In this document: positions 46,230 through 56,443 of the stretch, one piece after another
Layout: each line of letters begins with the position of its first letter
How positions within the stretch are numbered: position 1 is the first letter of the stretch
NCBI GenBank assembly: GCA_016218575.1
Contig: JACRDN010000016.1
Location: forward strand, 129,306-193,305
Origin: Elusimicrobiota bacterium
GTDB taxonomy: Bacteria; Elusimicrobiota; Elusimicrobia; UBA1565; UBA9628
Reading direction: 5' to 3'
Length of the DNA: 64,000 bases
The notes under the pieces: model-generated
Seen by the model: only the letters and a program-made list of their open reading frames with translations
Told to the model about the DNA's origin: nothing
Database searches by the model: none
Made by a program: the position numbers and the translations under genes

Positions 46230-48296
46230 ATGCCATTTTCACCGTCTTTCATTCTTGCCGCGCCGGCGCTCCTGCTCCCGGCCGCCCTCGCCTGGACGGC
46301 CGAGGCGCCGGGATTTACCCCCTCGCATTGGCTAAGCTTCGGCCAAGACCCCCAAACCCTGGCCCGTGAGTGCCGGCAAGCCAAGGACTCGGCCGAGGCC
46401 CGGCTCAAGGAACTGGCCGCCATCCCGGACCGGGATAGGACCTTCGCCAACACCCCGGAAGCCCTGGAAAAAACCTTGGCCGAGCTTTCCGATCAAACGG
46501 CCGCGGATACCTTCCTCAAATACGTTTCCCTCTCCTCCGACGTGCGCGACGCCGGGAACGACTGCGAAAGCCTCGTCAACCAATTCAAGGTCGAGGTATT
46601 ATCCCGCGAGGATCTTTTCTCGGCGATAAATGGCTATGCGAAGAAGGAAGAACCCCTGGAGGGCGAGCCTAGAAGGCTCCTTGAAAAAGAGCTGCTCGAT
46701 TTCAAAAGGAATGGCCTTCTTCTACCCGCCTCCAAAAGAAAAGAGATTAAGAAAATAAAGAAGCGGCTAGTCGAGCTCGAGACGCAGTTCTCGAAAAATT
46801 TGAACGATGTGAAGGACTCGCTTCTGGTGAGCCGCCAGGAGCTCGAGGGGCTTGCCGAGGACTACATTCAAAGGCTGCCCAAGGAAGGCGGGCTCTACCG
46901 GGTGAGCGTGGACTATCCGGACTATTTCCCATTCATGGAGAACGCCAAGAATTCCGAGGCGCGCAGAAAGCTCGAGTTCCTTTTCAACAATAGGGCGGCC
47001 AAGGAAAATCTCCCCCTGCTTAAGGAAGCCCTGCGCCTGCGCCAAAAGGCGGCGCGGCTGCTGGGTTACCCCAGCCATGCCGACTATGTCCTCGAGGAGC
47101 GCATGGCCAAAAACTCCCGCAGCGTTAGGGAATTCTTGGGAAATTTAAGGAAGCGCCTCGAGCCACTGGCGCAAAAAGAGCTTCAAGAGCTTTCCGCCTT
47201 CAAAAAACAGGCGGAGGGCGCCTCCGCCGACCCCGTCCTGCGCGCCTGGGACTGGCGCTACTACGATAACCAGCTCAGGAAGGCCCGCTACGACGTAGAC
47301 AAGGAAAAGATCAAGGAATACTTCCCCATCGAAACGGTGCTGGAAGGGATGCTCGCCGTCTACCAAAGGCTCCTGGGAGTCAAGTTCCACCGGATCGAGG
47401 GCGCCGCGCTCTGGAATCCCGACGTCAAGCTCTACAAGATCTCCGACGCCTCGGGAGGAGAGCCCCTGGCCTACTTCTATATGGACCTCTTTCCGCGCGA
47501 GGGCAAGTACAAGCACGCCGCGGCCTTCAGCCTGGTCTCGGGACGGTTTCTTGCGGACGGCCGCTACCAGAAGCCCGTCTCGGCCGTGGTCGCAAATTTC
47601 ACCAAGCCCTCCCCCGGCCGGCCCACTTTCCTCAAGCACGGCGAGCACGAGGAGGTGGAGACCATATTCCACGAGTTCGGGCATATCATGCACCAAACCC
47701 TCACCAAGGCGCGCTTCGCGCGCTTTTCGGGGTCGAGCGTGGCCTGGGACTTCGTCGAGGCTCCTTCCCAGATGCTCGAGAACTGGGTCTGGGACCCGGA
47801 GGTCCTTTCCTCCCTCTCGGGGCATTACAAGGACCCCTCTAAAAAGCTCCCGCCCGAGCTGCTTGAGAAGATGATCGCCTCCCGCCATTTCAACGTAGGC
47901 CTGGTGCACTCCCGCCAACTGCTGTTTGCGAGCGTAGACCTCGGCTACCATTCCCGAGTCCCCGCCGACACCACAGCACTCTACGCCCGACTCATGAAGG
48001 ACATCGCCCTCTTCCCCATGAGCCCGGGCACCCACCCCGAGGCAAGCTTCGGACACATCATGGGAGGCTACGACTCGGGCTACTACGGCTATCTTTGGTC
48101 CAAGGTCTACGCCCAAGACCTATTCAGCCGCTTTAAGTCCGCGGGCCTGCTCGACCTCGGCACGGGTCTGCGCTACCGCCGGGAGATTCTGGAGCCAGGA
48201 AGCGGCCGGGAAGAAGAGGAGTCGCTCAAGAGATTCCTGGGGAGAGAGCCCAATAACGAGGCTTTCTTGGAAAGCCTCGGACTGGCCCCTCATTAA
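46230..48296 (+). CDS. M3-family oligopeptidase (thimet oligopeptidase-like) with signal peptide
   Basis: ARLLGY, FYMDLFPREGKYKHAA, FHEFGHIMH, DFVEAPSQMLENW, FGHIMGGYDSGYYGYLWS. Confidence 0.93.
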   Translation: MPFSPSFILAAPALLLPAALAWTAEAPGFTPSHWLSFGQDPQTLARECRQAKDSAEARLKELAAIPDRDRTFANTPEALEKTLAELSDQTAADTFLKYVSLSSDVRDAGNDCESLVNQFKVEVLSREDLFSAINGYAKKEEPLEGEPRRLLEKELLDFKRNGLLLPASKRKEIKKIKKRLVELETQFSKNLNDVKDSLLVSRQELEGLAEDYIQRLPKEGGLYRVSVDYPDYFPFMENAKNSEARRKLEFLFNNRAAKENLPLLKEALRLRQKAARLLGYPSHADYVLEERMAKNSRSVREFLGNLRKRLEPLAQKELQELSAFKKQAEGASADPVLRAWDWRYYDNQLRKARYDVDKEKIKEYFPIETVLEGMLAVYQRLLGVKFHRIEGAALWNPDVKLYKISDASGGEPLAYFYMDLFPREGKYKHAAAFSLVSGRFLADGRYQKPVSAVVANFTKPSPGRPTFLKHGEHEEVETIFHEFGHIMHQTLTKARFARFSGSSVAWDFVEAPSQMLENWVWDPEVLSSLSGHYKDPSKKLPPELLEKMIASRHFNVGLVHSRQLLFASVDLGYHSRVPADTTALYARLMKDIALFPMSPGTHPEASFGHIMGGYDSGYYGYLWSKVYAQDLFSRFKSAGLLDLGTGLRYRREILEPGSGREEEESLKRFLGREPNNEAFLESLGLAPH

Positions 48297-48299
48297 CCC

Positions 48300-49442
48300 A
48301 TGGCCTTCCTCCCATTTTTTCTGCTGATGTCGGCAACCACTGCGGCACAAGTTATTGACGATTCTGATCTGAGCCGCCCCCTGGAAGTCCAGGCTCTCGA
48401 GAGCCTGGACCGAGAAGCTCGCCAAGAGCCCGAGGCTCTCGTATTCTCCCTAAGTCCGGCTCGATTTTCCTGGAGGCCCCTCAAGACCGAACTCCTCGTA
48501 AACGGACGGCTCGCCCTTCAAGACCGGGACGGGCGGGATCGCCCGGCGCGCTTGGCCCAGGTTCGGCTCGTTGGGTCCGGAACTGCCGGCGCCTGGATCC
48601 CGGCCGACGCCCAAGGCGGGTTCTCTTTGAGCGCCCGTGGGCTCTCGGGGACCTACCGCCTGCGCTTCAAGCTCGACAATCCCTATTGGCGCTTCAATGA
48701 CCCCCGCCAAAACCGCGGCTATGAGTGGGAAAGCCCGCCCTTCGAGCTCTCGCCCGGAGCCGGGGCGGATCTCGGCACCCTCAAGCCGGAGGCGGGATCG
48801 CAAAGCGCCCAGTTGGGCCTTCTCCATCTGACCTACCTCGAGGCCTTGGCCTTCCTGGAAAAAAACGCGAGCACGACCTGGTGGCGCAAGCCCCTCACCC
48901 TTAACTGGCCATCCCGGTCCGACTTTTTCAGCCCCTGGGCTTGGAGCCTGGACTTAAGCTCCGCCGCGGCCTGGGATGTGGTTCTCCATGAGCTCGGCCA
49001 CGCCGTCATGCACGGGGCCATGCGGGCCGACCCGGCCGGGGGCCAGCACAAGATAGACGAATGCTATTCCCAGGCCCTGGCCTGGTCCGAGGGCTGGGCC
49101 ACCTTCTTCGCCGCGGCCGTGCGCCTTTCCCCGGAGGACCCGGATGCCAAGTTTGAGTTCCTGGTCCCCCGCCGCGCGCCCATCCGCATCGAGAACGTGC
49201 CCGAGGACGTCTGCGCCGGCCCCTCCAACGAGTGGCGCGTGGCGGCCGGACTCTGGGACCTCCTCGATGCCCACCCCGACGGCAAGGACGCCTTCAGCAT
49301 GGGGTTCTCGCGCCTTTGGAACGCGCTCGAGGGCCAAAGCATGGGCAGCATGGATTCGGCCTGGTCCCTCATCCAAAAGAACCTCGACCCAACGGAAAGG
49401 CAGGCGGGCGAGCGGTCCTTGATCCAGAACACGCTGCGCTAG
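48300..49442 (+). CDS. Secreted zincin metalloprotease-like protein
   Basis: Signal peptide; WDVVLHELGHAVMH, AWSEGWATFF, E..VAAGLWDLLD. Confidence 0.75.
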   Translation: MAFLPFFLLMSATTAAQVIDDSDLSRPLEVQALESLDREARQEPEALVFSLSPARFSWRPLKTELLVNGRLALQDRDGRDRPARLAQVRLVGSGTAGAWIPADAQGGFSLSARGLSGTYRLRFKLDNPYWRFNDPRQNRGYEWESPPFELSPGAGADLGTLKPEAGSQSAQLGLLHLTYLEALAFLEKNASTTWWRKPLTLNWPSRSDFFSPWAWSLDLSSAAAWDVVLHELGHAVMHGAMRADPAGGQHKIDECYSQALAWSEGWATFFAAAVRLSPEDPDAKFEFLVPRRAPIRIENVPEDVCAGPSNEWRVAAGLWDLLDAHPDGKDAFSMGFSRLWNALEGQSMGSMDSAWSLIQKNLDPTERQAGERSLIQNTLR

Positions 49443-51334
49443 CTTAGGACTTCTTGGGGCTGGGCGTCTCCCGATGCCTCGTGGGCCGAGGCGGGGGTGA
49501 AAGTGGGGACGAGCTCCCGAAGCTTCTTGAGAAGCGCCGCGGGCTTCCCAGTTCGGTTCAATATCTCAAACTCAAGGATGCGGTTCTCGAGATCCTTGGC
49601 GTGGGAGTGGGAATGGCCTTGGCGCAAAATAAGGATGTCCGGATGCTCCGACTGGTCGCACTGGGAGGAGTCTTCAATAAGCTCCTCGTGGATTTTCTCG
49701 CCCTGCTTGAGGCCCGTGAATTGAATCTCCACGTCCTTGTCCGGCTCCAATCCCGTCAATAGGATCAAGTTGCGGGCCATGTCTAGTATCCGCACCGGGG
49801 TTCCCATTTTCAAAATAAAAATCTCCCCGCCCTTGGCCATGGCCACGGCTTGGAGAATGAGCTGGACCGCTTCCTCCACGGTCATAAAATAGCGCGTGGC
49901 CTCATGATGGGTGACCGTGACAGGGCCGCCGCGGGCGATCTGCCTCTGGAATATCTCGAGGACCGAGCCGGAGCTCCCCAGAACGTTGCCGAAGCGCACG
50001 GCCATGAAGCGCGTCTGCCCCCGCGCGGCGAAGGCCCGGACAATGTGCTCGGCCACCCGCTTGGTGGCCCCCATCACGCTCGAGGGCTGGACCGCCTTGT
50101 CGGTGGAAACGAGGAGAAAAACCTCTGCCTGGTGCTGCAGGGCCGCGGAGGCAAGATAGTAGGTGCCCAGGACGTTGTTGGCCACCCCCTCGTGCACGTT
50201 GAATTCCAGCTGATGCACGTGCTTGTGCGCCGCGGCGTGAAGCACGAGATGGGGCTTGTGCTCCTGAAAAACCCTCTCGACAAGAGCCTGGTCGCGGATG
50301 TCCCCAAGAACTGGAACTATTTTTGTCCCGCGAGATTCCTTCAGGAGCTCGGCCTCGGCGTAAAAAAGCGAGGTGGCATGGACGTCCACCAGGACGAGCT
50401 TGGCCGGGCCGTACTGTAATACTTGGCGGCAAAGCTCGGAGCCGATGGTCCCTCCGCCGCCGCTCACAAGGATCGTTTTTCCCCGGACCGCCCGGTCGAT
50501 GAGGGGCAGATCGAGTTTGACCACTTCCCGGTTCAGGAGATCGGCAGGCTTGACCTGGCGCATGGAGAATTCCCGGCCGGGGCTTTTAAGCATCTCCTCG
50601 AGACTCGGGGCGATCTTGAGCTCCGGCCGGTCCGCCCGGTCGCGCAGGGCCTCGACCACGGAACGCACGAGCTCGCCGCGCTTGGCGCTGATGGCGATGA
50701 TGATCTCGTCCACCTGGTAGCGGTCGAGGACCCCGGCGATGGCTTGCCGGCCGCCGAACACGGTGCGGCCGTGCACGCGCAGGCCCCACTTGGCCGGATC
50801 ATCGTCGATGAAGCCCACGACCTTGTAGCGCGGCTCCTGGGTCTTGAGGATCTGCCGCATCAGGCTCTCCCCGAGCTCGCCCGCGCCGATGAGAAGCGCG
50901 TGGCGGTATTCCCCACCGTAGAGGCGCGGCAGGTTCAAATGATGCTTGACGAAGCGTATCCCGAAGCGCACGCCCCCGATGCCGAGGTAGGTGAGCATTG
51001 GATGCAGGAGAAGAATGGACCTCGGGTATTTCCCCTGCCGCATGAAAAGGATGCAAACGGCCCCGGTAACCGCCCCCATGGAGACGGCCCTGGTAATGTT
51101 GATGAGGTCCGAGAAGCTCGAGAAGTAGTATATCCCTCGGTACAGGGAGAAGGCTAGGAAGCTCGCGAAATAGCAGACAAGGATGTAGGGGGCCGTCTGG
51201 AACATCGTGGCGAGGACCACGGAGTCGAGGCTGAAGTCGAAGCGCAAGAGGAACGCCCCCAAGAAGGCCCCGAGAACCACCGCGACGTCGAAAAGGGCGA
51301 CTCCGACCCGACGCGGACTGAAGCGAAATGTCAT
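49439..51334 (-). CDS. Membrane-bound UDP-GlcNAc 4,6-dehydratase (PglF/WbpM/CapD family)
   Basis: Four TM helices, LIGAG, VGFIDDD, GGGGTIGSEL, HAAAHKHV, STDKAV, MGATKR, VRFGNVLGSSGSV, RYFMT. Confidence 0.93.
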   Translation of the reverse strand: MTFRFSPRRVGVALFDVAVVLGAFLGAFLLRFDFSLDSVVLATMFQTAPYILVCYFASFLAFSLYRGIYYFSSFSDLINITRAVSMGAVTGAVCILFMRQGKYPRSILLLHPMLTYLGIGGVRFGIRFVKHHLNLPRLYGGEYRHALLIGAGELGESLMRQILKTQEPRYKVVGFIDDDPAKWGLRVHGRTVFGGRQAIAGVLDRYQVDEIIIAISAKRGELVRSVVEALRDRADRPELKIAPSLEEMLKSPGREFSMRQVKPADLLNREVVKLDLPLIDRAVRGKTILVSGGGGTIGSELCRQVLQYGPAKLVLVDVHATSLFYAEAELLKESRGTKIVPVLGDIRDQALVERVFQEHKPHLVLHAAAHKHVHQLEFNVHEGVANNVLGTYYLASAALQHQAEVFLLVSTDKAVQPSSVMGATKRVAEHIVRAFAARGQTRFMAVRFGNVLGSSGSVLEIFQRQIARGGPVTVTHHEATRYFMTVEEAVQLILQAVAMAKGGEIFILKMGTPVRILDMARNLILLTGLEPDKDVEIQFTGLKQGEKIHEELIEDSSQCDQSEHPDILILRQGHSHSHAKDLENRILEFEILNRTGKPAALLKKLRELVPTFTPASAHEASGDAQPQEVLS

Positions 51335-51354
51335 GAAAAATTAATGAAACCCGA

Positions 51355-52452
51355 TTATATCATATCTCGAAGACGCAGACTTCCCTCGAGGACCAAGACG
51401 CGGGAAGGCCCCAGCCGCCACTGGGCGCCAGCTCGCTCCAAAAGCTCTTTGGGATCGCGCCGGGACTCGAAAAGGGGCCTCCAATCGCCGCGCAGGAGCT
51501 CATCTGGCACCGTCAGCTTGGCCGAGAACTTGCGATTGAGGATGACGACGTAGTCCCGACCGCGGTAGCGCCAGGCCCCGGTCTCCAGCCCGGAGGCCTC
51601 TCCGGAGAAGGGCGGCGCTATCCGCCTGCCTCGCTCGAAAATGGGCTGCATCGCCTTCATTTCACGAGCCGTTCCCGCCACGGCCTGCCAGAGCTCGGGG
51701 TAGTCAAAGAGGGTCTTCCCGAGCTTAGGGAGGGCGAAATAGAAGAGGCCGCGCGCGCCGTGCAGCACGGAGAGATAGCTCATGAACCGGATCTCAGCAT
51801 GGCTCGGGAAGCGCAGGCCCTTGCGCTTCTTGGGGTCGATCACCTCGTCGGCCCAATCGTAGGCCTGGATGATCATCCATAACGGCTTGCCCTTGGGCAG
51901 GCCCCGCATCGCGAGGTCCACCTGGTCGGCCACGGAATCGAGTGGAAGGTGGGGAACAGGGTACCAGTCCATGAGCAGGATGTCCCCGACGCCGCCGTAA
52001 ACCTTGGCGGGAGCGCCTTCGCCGATGTCGAAGGTCTGCGGCCGATCCGGGTCCCAGGCCCGGGTTCGATCCGACATGGCTTGAAGCGCGGCTCGCGGGA
52101 GCTTGGCGACATCCGGCTCTCCGCAGAGGTACCAGGCGTCTATGGGCCAGTCACGCGCGAGAGAAGCCTTGCCGTTCTCAAGCTCATCGGGAGCCGAGAC
52201 CATGCGCATGGCCAATCTCCTGGCCTCTTTCGCGAGGGAGGCCAGAAGCGCGGGGCTTTGGCGATAGGTTTGGAAGGAGTCGAAGCCCGCCTCGCTCAGT
52301 CGAGCCAGATGACGAGGATCGTCCACGGCGTAAATGCCGATCGGGAATCGGCTGAGCGCGGCCTTATGGTCGCGCTGGGAGCATGCGCACGGGAAGAGGG
52401 CAAGCAGGGCCAGGCACGCGGCCGCCCTACGGAAGGCGCTTGGCGACGGCAT
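51355..52452 (-). CDS. Putative exported glycoside-hydrolase-like (TIM-barrel) protein
   Basis: Signal/lipoprotein-like N-terminus; FPIGIY, AGFDSF, AWYLCGEPD, DILLMDWYP, PLWMIIQA, R..SYLS..HGARGL.YF. Confidence 0.6.
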   Translation of the reverse strand: MPSPSAFRRAAACLALLALFPCACSQRDHKAALSRFPIGIYAVDDPRHLARLSEAGFDSFQTYRQSPALLASLAKEARRLAMRMVSAPDELENGKASLARDWPIDAWYLCGEPDVAKLPRAALQAMSDRTRAWDPDRPQTFDIGEGAPAKVYGGVGDILLMDWYPVPHLPLDSVADQVDLAMRGLPKGKPLWMIIQAYDWADEVIDPKKRKGLRFPSHAEIRFMSYLSVLHGARGLFYFALPKLGKTLFDYPELWQAVAGTAREMKAMQPIFERGRRIAPPFSGEASGLETGAWRYRGRDYVVILNRKFSAKLTVPDELLRGDWRPLFESRRDPKELLERAGAQWRLGPSRVLVLEGSLRLRDMI

Positions 52453-53200
52453 AAAGCACCTTGTAGTCCGTGACCGGCCCGGATCCCAAGGGATCGAGCT
52501 CCCGCGCGGGCGCCGACACGTCGATCTCGGGGCCCAGTTCGGCCAGGCGGCCATAAAAAATTCTTTTGAGGAGAGCCTTGCCCTTCATGGTCTTGGGGAC
52601 CAGCCCCAGCGCCACGGCGGTTTTCCGCGCCGCGGCGATGGCCTTCCTGGCCGGGGTATCGTTGGCGACCTTGAACCCCGCCTTGATCTCGGCGGAGAAT
52701 CCGGCCTTCTCGAGGAGAACGCGCAGCTCGGAGGCCGAGTGGTACTTGCGGCTGAAGGGGCTGGGATTGAACTCGGGCCATTCGCGGTTGGCCGTGCACA
52801 GGAGCAAGGCCCCTCCCGAGCGCAGGACGCGGCGGGCCTCGGCCAGGAAGGCCTCGGGGCTCGGCAGATAATACAGGGCCTCGTAGAGGATGACCACATC
52901 GAAGGAATCGTCGGGCCAGGGCATGGCCTGGGCGTCCATGGCCGAGACCTTGATGCGCCCTCCGTAATGCCTGTTGGCCTGCTCCACGAGGCCCTCGCAC
53001 AGGTCTCCCCCGACCACGGACCGCGCGGTTTGAGCCAAGAAGCCCAGGCCGCGGCCCGGGCCGCAGGCCGCCTCGAGGACGTCCTTGCCCGCGCAATAGC
53101 CCGACGCCAGGCGGTAGCGGGTATGGATCATGGAAAGCTGTTCGGCCGAGGCCCTATTGCCCGGGAGCTCCGTCACGGTCGAGAAATCGAGGGCGCTCAC
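52427..53200 (-). CDS. Class I SAM-dependent methyltransferase
   Basis: GTG start overlapping upstream TGA; RY..A, VLEAACGPG, SFDVVILYEALYY. Confidence 0.85.
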   Translation of the reverse strand: MSALDFSTVTELPGNRASAEQLSMIHTRYRLASGYCAGKDVLEAACGPGRGLGFLAQTARSVVGGDLCEGLVEQANRHYGGRIKVSAMDAQAMPWPDDSFDVVILYEALYYLPSPEAFLAEARRVLRSGGALLLCTANREWPEFNPSPFSRKYHSASELRVLLEKAGFSAEIKAGFKVANDTPARKAIAAARKTAVALGLVPKTMKGKALLKRIFYGRLAELGPEIDVSAPARELDPLGSGPVTDYKVLYAVAKRLP

Positions 53201-54354
53201 AGCCGTGAGAGCCTCCCGCACGCCTCCTCCAGCTCCTCATCGGTCTTGGCGAAGCAAAAGCGCCCCAAGCCCGCGCCGTCGCGGGATTCGTGGAAGAAGG
53301 CCTCCCCGGAGACGCAGGCGACCCCCGTCGCCTTCAACAAGTGCATGGCCCTATCCCTGCCGGTATGCCCCGGCAGGCGGCTCAAGTCGGCCAGGACATA
53401 ATAGGCTCCCTGGGGCCTGCAGGGGGCCAGGCCCGCCCGCTCCAGGGCCGAGCAGATCATCTCGCGCTTGCGGAAAAATTCCAAGCCGAGGCCCGCGTAG
53501 TATTCCCCACCCAGGTTCATCAGGCCCTCGGCCACCCCGGCCTGGAGCGGGGCCGGGGCGCAGACATAGACGAGGTCGCTCATGTAGCCGATCATCTGGG
53601 CCCATCGGGCGTGGCTGACGCTGTAGCCGATCCTCCAGCCGGTGATGCTCAAGGTCTTGGAGAAGCCGGAAATCGTGATCGTGCGCTCCGCCATGCCCGA
53701 CAAGGCCGCGGGGCTCACGTGCCTGCGTCCGTCGTAAAGGAAATACTCGTAGATCTCGTCGGTGAAGACGAAAAGGTCGTGCTTGACCGCGGCCTCCGCG
53801 ATCCATTGGAGCTCTTCCCGGCCGTAAACCTTGCCCGACGGGTTGCCCGGCGTGTTGACCACGATGGCCCGGGTCCGCGGCGTGATCGCCCTTTCCAGGT
53901 CCTCCTTGGAGAAGGCCCAGTCCGGGGCCCGCATTTTGACGAAAACCGGGACGGCCTCCACGGAAAGCAAGGTGTTGAGGTGATAGCCGTAGAAAGGCTC
54001 GAAGAGAACGACCTCGGCCCCGGGGTCGAGAAGGGCCAGGCACGCCGAGTAGAAGGAGCCCGTGGAGCCGCTGCTCACCACGATCTCGCGCTCGGGGTCG
54101 GCCGAGATTCCGTTGTAGGAGAGCATCTTGGCGGCAATGGCCGACCGGAGCTGCGCGATTCCATCGTAGCGCGTGTAGCTGTTAAGCCCCGCGCCCATGG
54201 CCTTGTGAGCCCCTTCCCGCACCAAAGCCGGAACCGGCGTGTCGCATACCCCCTGAGCCAAGTTCAAGCCCTTGAGCCTCTCGCACTCGATGGACATCGA
54301 GCGGATCTCGGACTGGACGATGGAATCGCAGCGGCGGCTCAAAGTCAGCGCCAT
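53197..54354 (-). CDS. Class I/II PLP aminotransferase
   Basis: NLAQG, NTPGNPSGKV, TDEIYE, SGFSKTLSITGWRIGY, RFCFAK. Confidence 0.92.
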   Translation of the reverse strand: MALTLSRRCDSIVQSEIRSMSIECERLKGLNLAQGVCDTPVPALVREGAHKAMGAGLNSYTRYDGIAQLRSAIAAKMLSYNGISADPEREIVVSSGSTGSFYSACLALLDPGAEVVLFEPFYGYHLNTLLSVEAVPVFVKMRAPDWAFSKEDLERAITPRTRAIVVNTPGNPSGKVYGREELQWIAEAAVKHDLFVFTDEIYEYFLYDGRRHVSPAALSGMAERTITISGFSKTLSITGWRIGYSVSHARWAQMIGYMSDLVYVCAPAPLQAGVAEGLMNLGGEYYAGLGLEFFRKREMICSALERAGLAPCRPQGAYYVLADLSRLPGHTGRDRAMHLLKATGVACVSGEAFFHESRDGAGLGRFCFAKTDEELEEACGRLSRL

Positions 54355-54368
54355 GGGAGCTTAGGCCC

Positions 54369-55502
54369 TTAACCCCGCCCGTAGAAGGAGCGCGCGGCCT
54401 CGATCACGCGCGAAACCTCATCATCCGTGATCTCGGCGCTCATGGGAAGCGAGCACACCTCGCGGCTCAATGCCTCGGTCTCGGGGAATCCCGTGTCCTT
54501 GAGCTTCAGCGCCGCGTGCTTGTAGTAGGGCTTGCGAAACTGCGTCAAAACCTCGATGCCGCAGCTGCGGAGGTGGCTGGAAAAGGCATCTCCTCGCTTA
54601 GAGCGCAGCGTGTAATTCTGATACACATGGTCGGAGCCAAGACGTTGATAATGCGGCAAAAGCAGATCCGGGAGATCTCCCAATTCCTTTTGGTAACGTT
54701 GCGCCAATTCCTTGCGCTTCAATATCCAGCGCGGCAGGTGCCGGAGCTTCACGTCCAGAAAAGCGGCCTGCAGATTGTCGAGCAGGCACGTAAAGCCATG
54801 TCCATGGTATTCGCCCGTTTGGCGGTCCTCGCCGTTGTAGCGCATGCGCCGGACGAAGGCGGCGACCTCGGGATCGTCCGTGGTGATGGCGCCGCCGTCG
54901 CCGTAGCCGCCCAGGATCTTGAAGGGATAAAAGCTCCAGCAGCCGGCAAGGCCCCAAGCCCCGGCCCCTCTGCCGTTGATGCTGGAACCCAGGCTTTGGC
55001 AGGCGTCCTCCACCACGGCGAGGCCGCGGGACTTGGCGATCTCCATGATCCGGGGCATGTCCGCCATCCAGCCGCTCAAATGGACCGGGAGGATCGCCCG
55101 GGTACGAGGCGTGATCGCTTCCTCGATCTTGTCCGGATCTATGTTGAAGTCGCGGGCCACGTCCACCAAGACCGGCGTCGCCCCGACGTTGACCACGGCC
55201 GAGCAGGTGGCCACGAAAGTGTGGGCGGGCACGATCACCTCGTCGCCCGGGCCGATCCCGGCCGCGCGCAGGGCCAGGTGCAAGGCGTCGTAGCCGCTGT
55301 TGAGCCCCACGGCGTACTTCGTGCCGACGAATTTTGCGAGGTTGGCCTCGAAGCCGCGCAGGTGCTCCCTATCTATGAGCGCGCCCTTCTGCATGACGTC
55401 GAAATAGGCGGCGTCGAGCTCCGCCTTGAGCTCGGCGTAGACGCGGGCTGGCGCCACGAACTTGACGGTTTTTCCCGCGGGGGCCTGGGCCGGGGCCGTC
55501 AT
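54369..55502 (-). CDS. DegT/DnrJ/EryC1/StrS nucleotide-sugar aminotransferase
   Basis: NSGYDAL, GPGDEVIVP..TFVAT, VEDACQSLG, SFYPFKILGGYGDGG, LSREVCSLP. Confidence 0.92.
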   Translation of the reverse strand: MTAPAQAPAGKTVKFVAPARVYAELKAELDAAYFDVMQKGALIDREHLRGFEANLAKFVGTKYAVGLNSGYDALHLALRAAGIGPGDEVIVPAHTFVATCSAVVNVGATPVLVDVARDFNIDPDKIEEAITPRTRAILPVHLSGWMADMPRIMEIAKSRGLAVVEDACQSLGSSINGRGAGAWGLAGCWSFYPFKILGGYGDGGAITTDDPEVAAFVRRMRYNGEDRQTGEYHGHGFTCLLDNLQAAFLDVKLRHLPRWILKRKELAQRYQKELGDLPDLLLPHYQRLGSDHVYQNYTLRSKRGDAFSSHLRSCGIEVLTQFRKPYYKHAALKLKDTGFPETEALSREVCSLPMSAEITDDEVSRVIEAARSFYGRG

Positions 55503-56443
55503 GCCAGGATGCCGTCCGTTTCGAGGGAAACGAGCTTTCGGGCCGCGGCCACGATGTGCTCCACCCCGAGGCCGCATTGATTCCTAAGGTGCTCCTGATT
55601 GCCCACTCCGCGGCAGAATCCCTCGCGCACGCCCACGATGGACAAAGGCGCGCGCCGGCCCGCGTACTGGGCCAAGACCTCGGCCACGGCGCCCCCGAGG
55701 CCCCCGGTCGCGGAATGCTCCTCGACGGTCATCACCGCCGCGGTTTCCTCGGCGGCCTGGAGCACGGCCTCGACGTCCAACGGCTTGACCGTGTGCATGC
55801 TCAAGAGACGCGCCGAGATTCCCTGGGACTTGAGCTTCAAAACCGCCTGATGGGCCGCGTGGAGCATGGCTCCGGTCGAGATCAGGGTGAGGTCGCTTCC
55901 TTCTCTTACGCGTATGGCCTTGCCGATCACGAATTCCGGCGCTCGTTCGTGAACCCGCGGCTCTCCCGCCTTGCCCAAGCGCAGATAGCAGGGACCGTCC
56001 TGGTAAGCCACGGCCCTGGCGGCCGCGGCGGCTTCCCAGGGGTCCCCGGGGGCGACCACCGTCATGCCTGGAAGGGCCCGCATGATGGCGATGTCCTCGA
56101 GGGCGTGGTGGGAGCTGCCGAGGGCCCCGTAGGCCAACCCCGCCCCCACGCTCACCACCTTGACGCTGGCCTGATGATAGCAGACGTCGTTGCGAATCTG
56201 CTCGAGGCAGCGCAGCGTTGGGAAATTGGCGATGCTGTAGGTGAACACGATCTTTCCGGAAAGCGCCATGCCAGCCGCCACGCCGGTCATGTTCTGCTCG
56301 GCCACGCCGACGTTCAGGAACTGTCCGGGGAACCTCGCGGCGAAGGGCTCGAAGACCCCGAAGCCCAGATCGGCCGTCAAAAGGTTGACGTCTGGATCCT
56401 GGGCCGCCACCTCCTCCAGGGCCTTGATGAAGGCGGTTCTCAC
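55499..56443 (-). CDS. Transketolase-like, C-terminal subunit
   Basis: GTG start overlapping upstream TGA; LTADLG, NVGVAEQ, EQIRND, GSSHHALED, TVEEH..GGLG. Confidence 0.9.
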   Translation of the reverse strand: MRTAFIKALEEVAAQDPDVNLLTADLGFGVFEPFAARFPGQFLNVGVAEQNMTGVAAGMALSGKIVFTYSIANFPTLRCLEQIRNDVCYHQASVKVVSVGAGLAYGALGSSHHALEDIAIMRALPGMTVVAPGDPWEAAAAARAVAYQDGPCYLRLGKAGEPRVHERAPEFVIGKAIRVREGSDLTLISTGAMLHAAHQAVLKLKSQGISARLLSMHTVKPLDVEAVLQAAEETAAVMTVEEHSATGGLGGAVAEVLAQYAGRRAPLSIVGVREGFCRGVGNQEHLRNQCGLGVEHIVAAARKLVSLETDGILA

